Part shown: positions 25,828 to 39,062 of the stretch, in pieces
Layout: the number at the start of each line of letters is the position of its first letter
Numbering within the stretch: the stretch's first letter is position 1
NCBI GenBank assembly: GCA_020536535.1
Contig: JAHLWZ010000848.1
Coordinates: 1-64,000 of the forward strand
DNA: 64,000 bases
Direction: 5' to 3'
Source: Pelomyxa schiedti
Taxonomy: Eukaryota > Protista > Evosea
Translations under genes and position numbers: made by a program
Notes under the pieces: model-generated
What the model saw: only the letters and a program-made list of their open reading frames with translations
What the model was told of the DNA's origin: nothing
Database searches by the model: none

Positions 25828-27569
25828 ATGCACAAAACACTGGGGATTGTGAAGCCAGACGTGTACGCGAGAACTGGTGCCATGCGTGCTGTGCGTCGGG
25901 AAATTGCGCGGAATGGGTTCAGTGTGTTGGACTCTATGGTAAATGAATGAAGTTTCAAGACTACAAACTGCAGTCATTGGGACTCACCCTAGATTGTTGA
26001 TGTATTTTGTTTTTGTTTTTGTTTTTGTTGTTTAGGTTGTACAATTTGATGAGCAAATGGTGAATGAATTCTATGCTGAACATCGCAGCAAGTCTTTCTT
26101 CAAAGATATATTGGAGTACATGACCAGGTTTTTTTTTTTTTTTCTTCTCCTTCGGCTGGCAAGTTCTTCTTACTGATGCTCCTTTCACATTATAGTGGGC
26201 CTGCTTATGCTATGCTCTTAGGAAGAATGCACGAAGCAGTGGACACCTGGAGGGATTTAATTGGCCCAACCCTTGTTGAAAAGGCACAGGCGACAGCACA
26301 CAAATCGTACCTTGCGAAAAGGCTTTCACTTTAAGTGATTTTTTGTTATAGATTGAGAGCAAGGTTTGGGACAAAAGGTGGTCAGAATGGCTTCCATGGA
26401 AGTGATTCTCTTATTTCAGCAAACAGAGAAATCCATTTTTTTTTCCCGAATGGTTTTTCCTCTTTTCAAGCAAACTTATTAACTTAGAACAGCCCGTCTC
26501 CCTATTGAATGCCTCCCACCATCCAAAAATTATCTGGACCAAACTCTGACTCCAGTCTTACAGCAAGCCCTAATTGCATTATGTAATGAAAAGCCTGCCG
26601 ATCCTTTTGTATGCAAATACAATACCTCTACACAACCAATTGTTACTGCAGGTCTTTCTTGCTGACTGGCTATCTAATAATAACCCAAACAAGCCGGTAT
26701 TCATATTTTCCTCATGAAGTGTTGCAGAAACAGACTATTAATTTTATCCCAGATATCTATGCCAGTTGCTATTGACCAAAGCAGTGATATTAGAATTGTG
26801 TTTGTTTTAGGTTATTCTATTATTAGGCTAAGTCCATTTGACATCACCTAGGCTCTCCTGGTAGTGGCAAATGTCTTTATTGCCAGTGGATTGCCGAAGA
26901 ATGCCCTGGAATTGCACATTATAGTGTTGGTGATTTGCTTAGGTCTGAGGTGGATAGAGGGTCCTCACGAGGCACTCCTATTTCTAGAGCCATGAAGTTA
27001 CTTCCTCCCTTGCACATTCTTTCTAATTTGTATTAATAGGGAAGGTACTCTAGTTGAGACGGAGATTGTGATGCCACTAGTATGTCAAGCAATAAACACC
27101 GTTCCACAAGGGACACACACAATCCTCCTCAGTGGATTTCCACGATCTTTGGAGCAGGCCACCCAATTTGAAGAGCAAGTACCACATGCCCTTATCTCTC
27201 TAATAATAATTACACAATCCGAATTCCTGCCTGATGTATTTGTTAATCAATACACAGGTGAAACCATGTGAGTTTGTTCTCAGCCTAGAACACCCACCCG
27301 ACCGAGTTTATTCACGAACCGGAATGAGCTCGAGGAAATCCCTGACACGCTCAACGGGGGTCACTCCCAGAACTTCCAGAAGAGTTACTTTCGAGAAGGA
27401 AACTGTGCCGATTGTATCTCACTTTGACAAAATTGGCAAAGTTGTGCATGTACGTTGGGCAAAAGCACTCACTCCTTTGTACCCTACTCACAAAATTTCA
27501 AAGGTTATTGTGGATGCAAGTAAGGAAGCTGCGGTACGTGAACAGCTCGTACAATTGTTTAAGGTGTAA
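25828..27569 (+). CDS. NME5-like nucleoside diphosphate kinase + Dpy-30 + adenylate kinase-like fusion
   Basis: NDK motifs IVKPD, FYAEH, MTSGP, WRDLIGP, NGFHGSDS; Dpy-30 YLDQTLTPVLQQAL..L..EKPADP..FLADWL; AK-like VFVLGSPGSGK, SVGDLLR.EV, GFPRSLEQA. Confidence 0.85.
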
Positions 27570-27664
27570 ATAAGGAGTGTAAAAATGAGGTTTCTTTTAA
27601 AGTTTGTTTTGTACTTTTCTTTGGGATTTTTTTTGGTACTATGTTGCTATAGCAATACATCCAG

Positions 27665-28688
27665 TCAAGATCTTCCTGACCAGTGGGAAAGTGCTGTTTT
27701 GAGCTCATTCTCCATTCTACTCAGGTGGTTGAAAATCAAGCCAGTGACTGGAACAATGTGGGCCAATCCCGGGTCACTAGTTCCTCCTTTGCTAGTGCTG
27801 TGACAAGCAGCACTAGATTCCGCACTACCAGTGCAACAAACAGTGCTCGCCGATAGCTTTTCATACAACAGTGTGTCATTGTGTGAAGGGACTGGGTCAC
27901 CAAACACCAATTTCTCAAGCCTCTTCATCTCTCGTATGTACTCTAGGTCTCTCATGCTCTCAATAGCAATCTCGGAATCTTCGTGTGGGAGTGAGTTGAG
28001 AAGTGTTTGAAGCTGTTCTGGAGAGAGTTCATTTATTGACTTGCGAGACTGAAGTAGGTATCTGTGAAGGTGTCAAAGTTAAAAACGCATAAATGGAAAA
28101 AAACCTCAAGAAACTTTCCAGTAATTCTACATAATCATCAATGCGTTTGTAAATAACCTTCCGCAAACTAGCAACCAGGTCTCTTTTCAGTTCAGAAGAA
28201 GTGGGAGTGTCACTGAGCAATTGGTGAATTATTTCCAAGTCCCTGGAGAGAGCTTCCAGTGATTTTGGCCTTTGATCGATATAGTTGTACGGTAATGCCG
28301 AAGTGTCATAGCCCCTGTGCTCCAACCACTCTTCAACCTACATAAAAAAACCTCAGAACGGCACTGGTAAAGATGCATAAAAATGGGCCAGCACATAGAA
28401 CTCACCTACCTTCGATTCTATCAAATTGAGCCACCACTGTGTCAAGCCGTGTTTTTTTGCCCCCGAAGTAATCGACGCCACCAATGCCGTGTACGGCGTT
28501 ATCCCCTCCTCAATTCTTACTCTTATCACATCCCCGAACACGCCCTCGGTCTCGCTCTCACCCTGGTCACTCCCGAGGCAACAAGAACTCTCATCGCCAT
28601 TGCCGCTGCCGCTGCCGGTGCCGGTACTACTGCTTGTAGTATTTTCCGCCGTAACAATGTACTCACAACCACAAGATCCACTGTGCAT
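27665..28688 (-). CDS. Hypothetical protein (spliced)
   Basis: Three collinear minus-strand ORFs joined by GT-AG introns; no family recognised. Confidence 0.55.
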
Positions 28689-28925
28689 GATAATCTACAC
28701 CTTGTATGTTATGAACAGTAAGTGTCTCGGTCAGATCTTCTTGGTAATTACGCTAGTCACACGTGGGTGCCGTCGACACGTGTCTGACTTGATTTTTCTT
28801 TTTTCTCCTTCGGACAACCAAAACAAAAATCTGGTAAACTGGAAAAACTGTTTTAGGAGTGAGACTTAGGTGTGTTACTGTACAATGTGGTATGGAATAT
28901 AGTGGGAGTAGATCACAGAGATGAG

Positions 28926-30491
28926 TTATGCACCCCCACCAGCTGGGGCTGTGTTGGAAATGATGATTTCCTGGAAAGGAGGTTAATCAAAGTGCCGAAA
29001 TTCGTTGGAACGATGGGTGGGCGTACCTTGACGTCGTTGAAGAGTTGTTTGACAATCTTGGTGTCGGTGGCACACACCATGTGGGTGTAGATTTGTTTTT
29101 TTGAGGAGTCCATATTTAGGAACTGGTTTTTGATGTACTCGGCCGCCTCAGCAAAAGTGTTTCTGCCTGTGAATAACATCATATATGTTAGAATGTCGCT
29201 AGCGCATGCGTTTCCAAATTACCTCGGTACTCGGGAAAGCAAACTGTAAGAGGCACACGTGAAATTTTTTCCTCAAATGTGTCTCTTTTGTTGAGGAAAA
29301 CAATTATCTGAGAGTTTCTGAACCATGGCAGTCCAGAGACTTCCTATATTACAGTAAGGGATATATCTTCCGACCGTAGAGTTGTTACCTTAAACAACTT
29401 CAGAGATTCTGACATTCGATTTGTTTCATCATTTTCATATAGCCGGAGGTCATACTCACTGTTTATGATAAGAACTGGATGAATTCCTTGAAGGATTACC
29501 TCAAAGCTACAACATAAAGTACTGCTGTTACATCTTGAAAGCAGTGCAACCACTTTCTTCTTTCATTCCTTTGTCCACCAACATCCACCATTCTACATTG
29601 ATAACAACCATCAGTGCGGAAAAGCAGCCTGGAAATCAGAAATACCGGTAAGTGAAATTTCCCTCTTTGAAGGCTAGTTCATGAATTCCAGTTGTCTTCA
29701 CACGACACCGAAGAATATCCTGTTAAACTTGGCTGAGAAACTTATGAATAGTGGAATAGAAAAACACTACATCTTGAGTGGGCAGATAGGAGGGATTGGC
29801 TAAACGGTCCACACTCTCAATATAACTGAGACATAGTTAGACGAAAAATAAAGTGCCGGATCTAGTACTATTGGGCACAGTCAAGAAGCTGGAATTCAGC
29901 AGCTCTGAAAAAGCATTGCTTTATCCCTGGATCGGCCCACAAGGCTTTTATTTGAGAGGCCAGCTCCGGTGAAATAGGTTCCAAATAGTTCTGAAGTGCG
30001 GGGTCTGTTGCAAACGTTTGCACTAATTCCTTTTGAATTTTGGGTCAGTAGTGGACTACTTTGAACGCTTTTCAATATATGTGGCTTCTCGAAAACTAGA
30101 TAGCAAAAAGTAAGATAGCAACCTGGTGCTCTGGAGCAACAGGGATTCGCAAGTGCAAGCATGCAGCACATAGAGTTCTCATCGATGAGACACAATTATT
30201 AAAAATAACTGGCTTGAACTTTCTCAGCTCCTCATCATTGTAGCCGTTACAGAAGAGAATTTTCATCTGTTTTACAAGTGTGCTCTTTCCAGACTCGCCA
30301 GTACCTGAACAAAACAAAGGTCAACAACAACACGAAATGTCACCAAGGCAATATGGCTCTCAAAACAGAGGAACAGCAAAAGTACCCAATAGAAGCAGTT
30401 TAAACTCCCTCTGTAACTCATCACTCCAGTGAGTCAGCTGTTCATCAATTTGTTGGTTCCTTTTATCTTCAACAGACACACAACACCCCAT
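28926..30491 (-). CDS. Heterotrimeric G-protein alpha subunit
   Basis: MGCC lipidation motif, [41 protein letters not shown]. Confidence 0.95.
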
Positions 30492-30823
30492 GCTGCTTCG
30501 ATTTTGTATTAATATTATTGCAATAAAAAAATGTTTGGTGCCTGTTTCTTTCTTTCCGAGTTTCAATGAAGCTTGGCAGCCATGTTGTCTACCAAACGTG
30601 CAATGCTGCACCATTCAACACGAAAAAGGGAGAACTAAATAAGGAAACTAAAAGCGAACAAAAGGTACATGACAACTAAAATAACAGAGTGCATTATACT
30701 TACAAAGCGGGGTGATGAGAAAGTGCGGGGCAATGAGGGGTGTCAACCGCATAACTCTGCAGGAGATATGGGTATGTCTAATGGTAGTAGTGATAGAAAA
30801 TTGGAATCGCGTGGGTGTGCGAT

Positions 30824-33800
30824 TTAGTGGAACATGGAGAATAGGTGGTTGGTGATGATGACGCTAAATGGCGGCCTTTTGGCTGGAGGGTCTTGCCAGC
30901 AGGCTCGGATAAGTGATACAACTTCCGGCTCCTCGGATTCCAGACGTTTGGAGATTGTTGGCCGGTGGTTTTTGAATCCCTTTTTTTGGGATGAATGAAT
31001 GTTATGGAATAAGGAAAACATACCACTTGTTGTATAAGCTGTTCAAAAGTGAGGGAGAGTAGAGGGGTTTCTCTGTGAAACCAGGACCAAAGGCAAAGTG
31101 CGAAACTAGGATTAATTTGAGAGCACGTTCCGGCATGGGTAACTGGTTACCTATATACATCAACCTTTTCGTTGTATTTATTTCCTCTCAAAAGCTCTGG
31201 GCCCATCCTGCCAAGAGGTTGGTTACAAAGGTTTAACGCTGACACTACCATATTGGAGTTCCAACTATCTCAGAAAGATTGGGTAACCGCTTCACACAGC
31301 TCAGACCAAAGTCGATTAATTTTATTGTGGAACTAATAACAACTGAGTCAATGGGTAAAAGTATACTACTGATACGTTGTTGGATCATATATAACGTTAC
31401 TAGGCTTCACCTATTCAAGAATTAGAAACTGCATTTGCCAGAGAAAACACACATCACGGTGCACTATAGGAGGGTCTTGAAGGTGCAAATAATTAAGGCC
31501 TACAATGAGGTTAGTGAGGGGTGGAGCCAATGAAGAACAAAAGGAAAAAATCACCCAGAGCAGTATGGTATGCCACACGCAGAATATCTTTTCTGTGCAT
31601 TGCTGGTTTCATTGTCTCCATGTGATCCATCGAAACACCAGGAACAAGCTCCATTACAATCGCCTTGTGCTTTTGGGTACTTGCTCCCATAAATAGTACA
31701 ATGTTGGGATGTCGTAGTTTGCTGGATCCTGTAAGTGAGATGGAAAAATAATAAACGTGCACCTTAATATGGATATTTCTTGCTTGAAATCAGCCAATAA
31801 ATCCACAGTGAATTGTGTAGTCAATAGAACTATAACAATACACTCAGTGAATGGTTCAGTTTTGGGTTGTGGTTTACTTGTGGGACATACATTTTACTGC
31901 AACAGGGCATCCCCTCCAAGTAGCTTTGTGAACTTTTCCAAAAGTGCCTTCACCAATGCATTGTCCTAGAATGGTCAGAACTGACACATATCAAGTATAC
32001 CTACCCATTTGTAGCTGATCAAATGGAATTTCCCAGTCAAAAGTGTCCGGCAATCTAAGTACAGGTGAGGGGGGGAAAAAGGTAATACAACATGTACTTG
32101 GTGAATTCTGTTACATATTTATTGAGGTCCCATTTGTATTGAACTGCTGCTTGAACAAATCTGTCAACAAGAAACGGAACATTTGCCATTATTTTGGGTG
32201 GGTGAAATTGAAGCATACTCATCAAATGTGACCTTGCCAGATCGATTTGTATCTATTTTATTGTATATGCAGTTTACTTCCGGCCATGTTATCTCCTTGT
32301 AGATGATCTGTGTACTATAAGAATATTTTCGGGCAAGATAAATTTACCTTCAAAAGTTTGTACAGCTCGTCTACATCAATAAGGCAGTCTTTATCTAGAA
32401 GTGAATAAGTGAGACTGGAAAAGACAACAAAAGAAAGAATACTTTTGTCAGCCAACTGGAAAGCTCTAAATGCTTGAGCATTAAGCTGGTCTGATATTTC
32501 CACATGACTACTTGAACTTTCAGGCTGCATATCTGCCCGATTAGCAGTATTTTGTGGTTCTGGATTGTTGGCCATATTATTTGCCTCAAGCACACTGGTT
32601 GTAACGCCGCCACTGCCAGAGCCATTTGGAACTTGCTCAGTTTGAGAAACTGGATTACCACGATGAGAATGTCTGCCAGCATTATTCGGAATGCTTTTTT
32701 GTGTAGATAACGATTTTTCAAGACCGTGATATCCTGGAAGTGTTTCATGTTTTGCTTCATTGTCAGGCTTGAGTATTGGTTTGTTGCTGCTTGGAGAATT
32801 TGCTGGGGGTACAGTGTGAGTAATGTTGCCAGTTTGTACTGGTGAAGCTTGTGTCATTCTGAGTTGTTTGGAACTGGCAATGGACTTCCTGAGAGTAGGT
32901 TCGGTACTGATGCACGAGCGCTGAAGGTGACCTTTGGTAACATCACAAAGGAGTTGAGTTGTTGGTCTTAAAGTCTCTAGCTCAAATTGGCGGGACATTG
33001 GCCGAGCTAGCCATGTTTTATTGAAAATGTCACTTACACCACCTCCATGGCCAGTAGTAGAACCAACCCCAAGGCCAGCCACAACTCCACCAATTCCTAC
33101 AACACCAAAGCCTGCCCCAATTCCTCCTCCGCCAACACACACAGGTGGAGGAGGATAGTTCAGCGTGTGAGTTTTGTAAAAATCTGTCCGAATGTCTGGC
33201 ATGGCAATTGCTGATGACACAAGAGTATTTTTTGGTGGGGCCTGATTACAGGCAAATGTAGTACCAGGCTTGAAGTTGAGTGGTGGCAGATGAGCATTAC
33301 TTGGCTTTCTTGAGTTATGGTTTGTCAGGGAAGGAAACGTGGGCTTATAGAACGGAGTAACTAGTTTAGCAACAGCTTGTGCTGCCGCTTCCACTTCGGC
33401 GGCAGCTGCCGTAACCTCTATTTGGCGTGAGGGTCAAAATACTAAACTGGAGTAGTACCGTTTTTAGCTAAAATGGTAGCATCACTGAGATTTCTTTGTT
33501 TTATTGCGGGAAGTGCTGAGCAAGAAGATTCACGATGGATTGGTAACACTGAGTTCTGCAAACGCTTTCGTTTGTACTCTTGCTTATACCCCAAGCTTTC
33601 TGTTGCAACCAAATTAAAATGAGATACATCTGGGAGGGATACCTTGCTTGCTGGTCAAGATACCTTCACTCGGACTTGTTGTTATTGATGAAAACTTTGG
33701 AACCTTCCCACTGTCACAATCATCCATCTTTACAGGACCATTATCTCCATTTACATGCATATGATTAGCCCCATTGCCATTTTCGTGCACATTGACGGCA

Positions 33801-34660
33801 TTGGGGTCAGTGAATTTTCTACTGCTGGTACGGGTACTAGTGCTCGTACTGATATTGTTGCTGTTGCTATTGCTATTGGTACAAGTGTTCATGTTCGTGT
33901 TTGTGTTGTTGCTCTTTCCATTGCCTTCAATACCGTAGCATTGCGAGCTCTCCAACGCTAGGTTTGAAGTCACGCCGGGTGGTTGTGTGTCAGACGGCTG
34001 TGATGGCGTGTCCCAGCACACCGCTAGGCCGTTTTTGAGCCGCGAGCCACTTCCTTTCATGCTTTTGTTGTTGTTGTTGTTGTTGCTGCTGTTCTTTTCG
34101 TTGTTGTTATTGCTTGAGGTTGTGGTTGTGTTTGTTTGGGTTGTGACAGTGACTGTTGTTACAGTTGTTGTGGTAGCTCTGAGTGGGTGTTTTGCTTCTT
34201 CGGGCCTCTCTTTCTCCTTCCCATAATTCCTGGTAGCACCCAAGGGGTTCTTCCCCTCGGCCGCCGCCCGCCTACCACTCCCGCTCCCGCCGCCGCCGCC
34301 CCGGGTCCCGCTCCCGCCCCCTGGCCCGCCTGTTGTGCACCTCCGGTTGTTGTAGGAACCCCCCCGCCCGGAGATGGCCGTCCTCGTGGGCTTGCGGGTG
34401 GAGGCGGAGAGCGGCACCGCGTGGTGGGGCACTTCCCTCCCCCGGCGGCCCTTGGGCCTCGCCGCGCCCCCGCGGGGCGCCACGGCCGACCGCGCCAGGG
34501 CCGAGACCGCCGCTGCCGTGGTCGGCATCCCGCCGCCAATGTCGTAGCATGTCGCCGTGGGCGTGGCCGGGCCGGGGCTGGGGCGCGGGGGGGCGGCAGC
34601 CGACGCGCTAGCGGGCGTCTGCGGCCGCGTTTGTTGCTGCTGCTGCTGGCCAACGTCCAT
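30824..34660 (-). CDS. TKL-group protein kinase with an EF-hand pair and a long disordered N-terminus
   Basis: EF-hand loops (..DCLIDVDEL; DTNRSGKVTFDE); kinase motifs IGEGTFGKV..ATWRG.PVAVK, LRHPNIVLFMGA, VHRDVKP.N, IDFGLS, GPELL, KVDVYSFA, RPPF. Confidence 0.88.
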
Positions 34661-35015
34661 TGCTATTGCTCTTAGGTTGTGGAGATTTTCGCTTAGGCTA
34701 AAGACGAAAACTTCAGAGAGATCGGGGGTTTCCTGTTCTGTGGGCCCATCACCCTCTTCCACTGATGCTCTGAAACTTGCATGCACTGTGCATCACACTG
34801 GATGGGGCACGCAATCCAAACTCAGAAACAAAGAAAGTTGCCATCTACTGTGGGTTTCCCACGAAAAAATTTATCGTCTCAACAACGAATCGGTGCACGT
34901 CAAATGGTACCTGTGTTCCTGCATAAAGTCACAAAGACACTGTCTATTATATTCCAATTTCCTTCACCACTCTAGCCACCAACATATTTTTTTTTCCCTC
35001 ATCATCTCTTGCAAC

Positions 35016-36227
35016 ATGAGCAAATTCTTCGTCCTCGTGGTGGGTTTGGCGGCTCTATTTGTGGCGATGGCGCGAGGTCAGGATACGATTGTGGGACACG
35101 AGGTTACCAATGGATTCACGGTTGAGACGATGGGAACATCGAGTGCTACTATTCTTGGCTCTGGATTGACTGTCATGCTGAGGAGTGATGGATATCTGCC
35201 TGTCTTCTCGTTTTATCAGAGCCACGTTGGATTCCCTGTATACAACTTCTCTCTGTGGTCGATTTTTGAGTCTTCTTCTGTCAATGTGAGCGAAAGGATG
35301 GGATTCGATCCATGTAAGTAGTTGTATTTTCATTTGTATATCAAATTTCGCCTGTTAATTTGCTGGTACTTGGGAACTAATTCATTACATTTCTACAGCA
35401 ATTGATGCCATAGTCGAAGGTTCTATGGCGCACTTTGTACCACGACCCTGGAACGTGGCGCAGATGACTTCAGGGATGACGCATATTGTGGAAATGACCT
35501 CTACTTTCTGGAACGCGATGAGGGGAGACATGGTTGTAGCAACTGTTGAGTTCACGCATTACTTCTTCGATTCTCGAACCAACGAGTGGGAACTTTCTCT
35601 GAACATTTACAACTATACCTTTGTAGACTCAAATTCCAGGCACGTACTTTCCTGTCTGTACTTTTCTTACGTCAACCTAGTCTCGTTATTGCGTTCAACT
35701 TCACAAGTAGTAACTCCAATGCCACATACAATATCTCAAAGAACTCTGTTATCGTCGGGCGAGCCTTCTTCAATACAAGCAACTCGAATGCTCGGTTCAA
35801 GAATGACAACTTGCTTGGGCGTTGGGTTCCTGTGAACTTTGTCATGACTGCGTTTGCAAGGTCACCTGTCTCTGTGTATCTCTCGTACGGTCAGCTACCG
35901 GAGAACCTTGCCGCACTCACCCACACTGGAATGTGGCTTGGCCTGAATGAAGGAGTGTCACAGCAAACGCAGCAAATGCAGCAGCAAGGGGAACAAGCGC
36001 AGAAGCAAAGTCAACAAGAATACAAAACTGTTCAACACAAGCACATCAAAATCCCCGGCTATGACGAACCAGAACCCGATTCTCCAGAACTCATGCAACA
36101 AATGCAGGCACTGATGCAAGGAGTCGAGCAAGTTCAAGAGGAAGAAAAGCGGGCACAGGGGCTTATTGTGAGGACATGGTCATCAGTAAGGCAATTCTTC
36201 TCTGGAATACTGCACTCAATATTCTAG
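35016..36227 (+). CDS. Orphan secreted protein
   Basis: Signal peptide MSKFFVLVVGLAALFVAMARG; many N-x-S/T sequons; Gln-rich helical C-terminus; two GT-AG introns. Confidence 0.7.
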
Positions 36228-36585
36228 GCTCTTTGCCAACACCAAACACATTGTCCCATAAGAGTGATGTACCAAATTTTTCTCCAAGTTTTATGGGTTT
36301 TTTTGCCGTGTTTTTGTGATGTTGATGATAAACAACAGACAGCCTGAGAATTTTTCGAAACGAATACATGTGACGGGTTCTGTTCACCCCATCTGAGCCT
36401 CTTTTTTTAATGTTTTTACCCTGACTTCGCTCAGGTTCCGACTTTCGAATCCTCGATCAGATACTAAGGGGAAAAAATAAGGCTGGAACTACGAACCGTA
36501 ATCAGAACCAACGAAATAAGAAAACCAGTAAAAACACCCAAGCCAAGAGAACAGCGTCGCAACCCTCCACTGCACAAACAACAAA

Positions 36586-39062
36586 ATGATGGGAGGGAGT
36601 TGTTGGGTCGTGGAGCTCGGATCTATGCCGATCAAAGAAAAAAAGGGCCTCGTCGATGCCATCAAATCCATTGGAGGCACAATCAACGTTCTTGTTAAAA
36701 AAGATGAAGTACGGTTTTTCCTGATTTTTTGGCTTTTTTCCTTTTCCAAATCGCCTTCTCTTCCTTTGGCCATTCAATTAAAAACAATGTTATTTATGTT
36801 GACGTTCTCATTTTTTTTTTTTCCTTATGGGGAATCAACAGACCACACATGTGATTACAACTGCAGACATTATGAAGTTGCCCAATATTAAATTAAGGAC
36901 GGCCTTGTCACTGGGTGTTCACATTGTTACTCCAGATTTTGTTTGGGACACACTGTCATTCACCTCACACAAACAGGGCAGACGCCCTTGTGAATGGAAC
37001 TACCGCCTACTTGGTGAAAAGGTTGGCAGCCAATTTCGTTCTCTTCTGTTCTATTCCCAACAATTGTGAAATTTCGACTCATTTTGGAACCCCTAGCCTG
37101 CTACTAGCTATGGGCCATCCCAATCAGACGTCGTCCTTGGCAGCTTCAGAGCTGGTGGGAGAGCAGCTTGGGGCCTTGCCTATCTAGCCTACTACTCAGT
37201 TCCATTGACGAGTCTGGCAAAGGGTCTGCAAAACCTTGGGAACTTATGCCGAGGAATGATGCCGAGAACGGCTATTGTCAACCCGGACCGAGTGTGTGCA
37301 CCTCTTAGAGATCTTGTTGCAGAAGTTACAAACATGCCAGCGATTCCCAAGTCGGGTTCGAGGCAGTTCAGTTCCGTGTGTAAATCGAGGCGTTGAGAAT
37401 ATCTCACATGGTTTCCCTTGCAGACATCTCGCCTTGGGTTGATGGCAGAAGAACGAGAAAGGAAAAAGCTGGAGCGCCAATTGCGGCTTAATGCGGAACG
37501 TGTAGATCATTTTCGACAATCATCTGCAAAACGAACTGTTAATCAGATGTTCTGATATCATCAGTCATTCGTGTTTGTAATTAATTGCAGAGTGGAGATG
37601 AAAAAAAAGAAAGCTGCACAAATTGCCGCACAGCTAAAAGTAAGACAACAACTTTTAGAACAACGTAAAAAAGCTCTGAATGAACGGAGGAAAGCCCTTG
37701 CAGAAGTGAGAAGGTAATACAACAGGAAAAAATAATTGGGTGTGGGAATAAGTATTGCAATTAAACTAATATTCCAACATCATTTTTACTTCTCTTCAGA
37801 AAAATGGTTGAAGACCACGAGAAACAGAGAGCTACAATGAAAGAACGACACGCTGAAACTAGAGAAACGATACTTAAAAATTGTGAAGCGATGGCTGCTG
37901 CCTCACAACAAGTTATTCACTCACATTTTAAAATGTAATTCACCATAACAGAGAATTTCCTTTGTTGAAGATCTACGGGGTAATCGTGATATAGACCTAG
38001 AGGAAGCAGCAGAGAGAGCCAGAATTCAAGAGGAAGAGGAAGCTCTTCTCCGCGAACAAGAAAAACTGCACAAAGCTAAAATAAGGGTTTGTTAACCAGT
38101 AAGTTTTGTTGTTTTTCTAATCTTATTCAGCATGAAAGAGTTGTGGCCGAGCTGGAGCGGAAGTTGAAAGAAAAGAAAAGAATCAAGGAGTTGCGGAGGA
38201 AGGCGTTCATAGAAAGGCAACAAAGGGAGAGGGCTCAACAAGTCAGTTCCCTTTTAATTCATTTTTTGTAACAGGAATCCGTCCTGTTTCAACTCAAGGA
38301 ATTTTAGAAACTTGCAGAAGAGCGAGATAAGGCCCGGCGAAAAGCAATGTATGAAGAGAAGCTGGCAAAAGAAATGGAACGGAAAAAAAAAGGAATTCCA
38401 CCTCCACCTATACCATCTCCACCAGTCAATACCCGGAAAGTATTTTTGGTGCGGTTTCATTCTTCCTTCAAAGCTCCGATCCCAACTCACCTATCCAGGG
38501 CAATGTATCATTTGCGGACGCAGGTACAGTTCTAAAACGACCCCAAGACCTGCAGACATACAAACAGCGCAGAATAAGTAACATGATGAAAATAATGGAA
38601 AGCTTCGGAAAAATCACACAGTGCAACTCATTCTGGGACAAAGGTCATGCCTTTGTGACATACGCCGAACCTGAGGCAGCCGAAAAATGTATCAGTGTTC
38701 TGGGCAAGCTAGACGAGCGCAAAAGGAGGATACATTCTCTAAGAGTGGAAATTACAGCCGCGGAATTCCAAGGAGCAAAAAAAGTAGAGAACTACCAGCA
38801 GCTTGTAAACCTGATGCTGCCCCATCCCACGTTTTATGTTGCATCTGCCAAAGACAACACCAAATCCAAAAAGGATGCACAACAAGTGGAGAGTGTAAGG
38901 CACAGAAGAATAGAGGCCGCAAAGTACTCCACCCCACTCTCATGTCCTACACCTGCCCCTTGGGCTGATATCACCAGGAAGCACAGGGCTGTCAAACTCA
39001 ACACGGTAGTACAACATGAATACATTGGCAGAAAATCAGACAAGCACGTATCCAAAAATTAA
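36586..39062 (+). CDS. BRCT + long charged coiled coil + RRM protein
   Basis: BRCT pattern (IKSIGG, THVIT, IVTPDFVWD); K/E/R-rich exons; RRM with ESFGKI and RNP1-like KGHAFVTY..PEAA. Confidence 0.7.

Noticed and set aside
36430-36460. TTCGAATCC T-loop-like word suggesting a tRNA
   Set aside because: No cloverleaf stems or A-box upstream.
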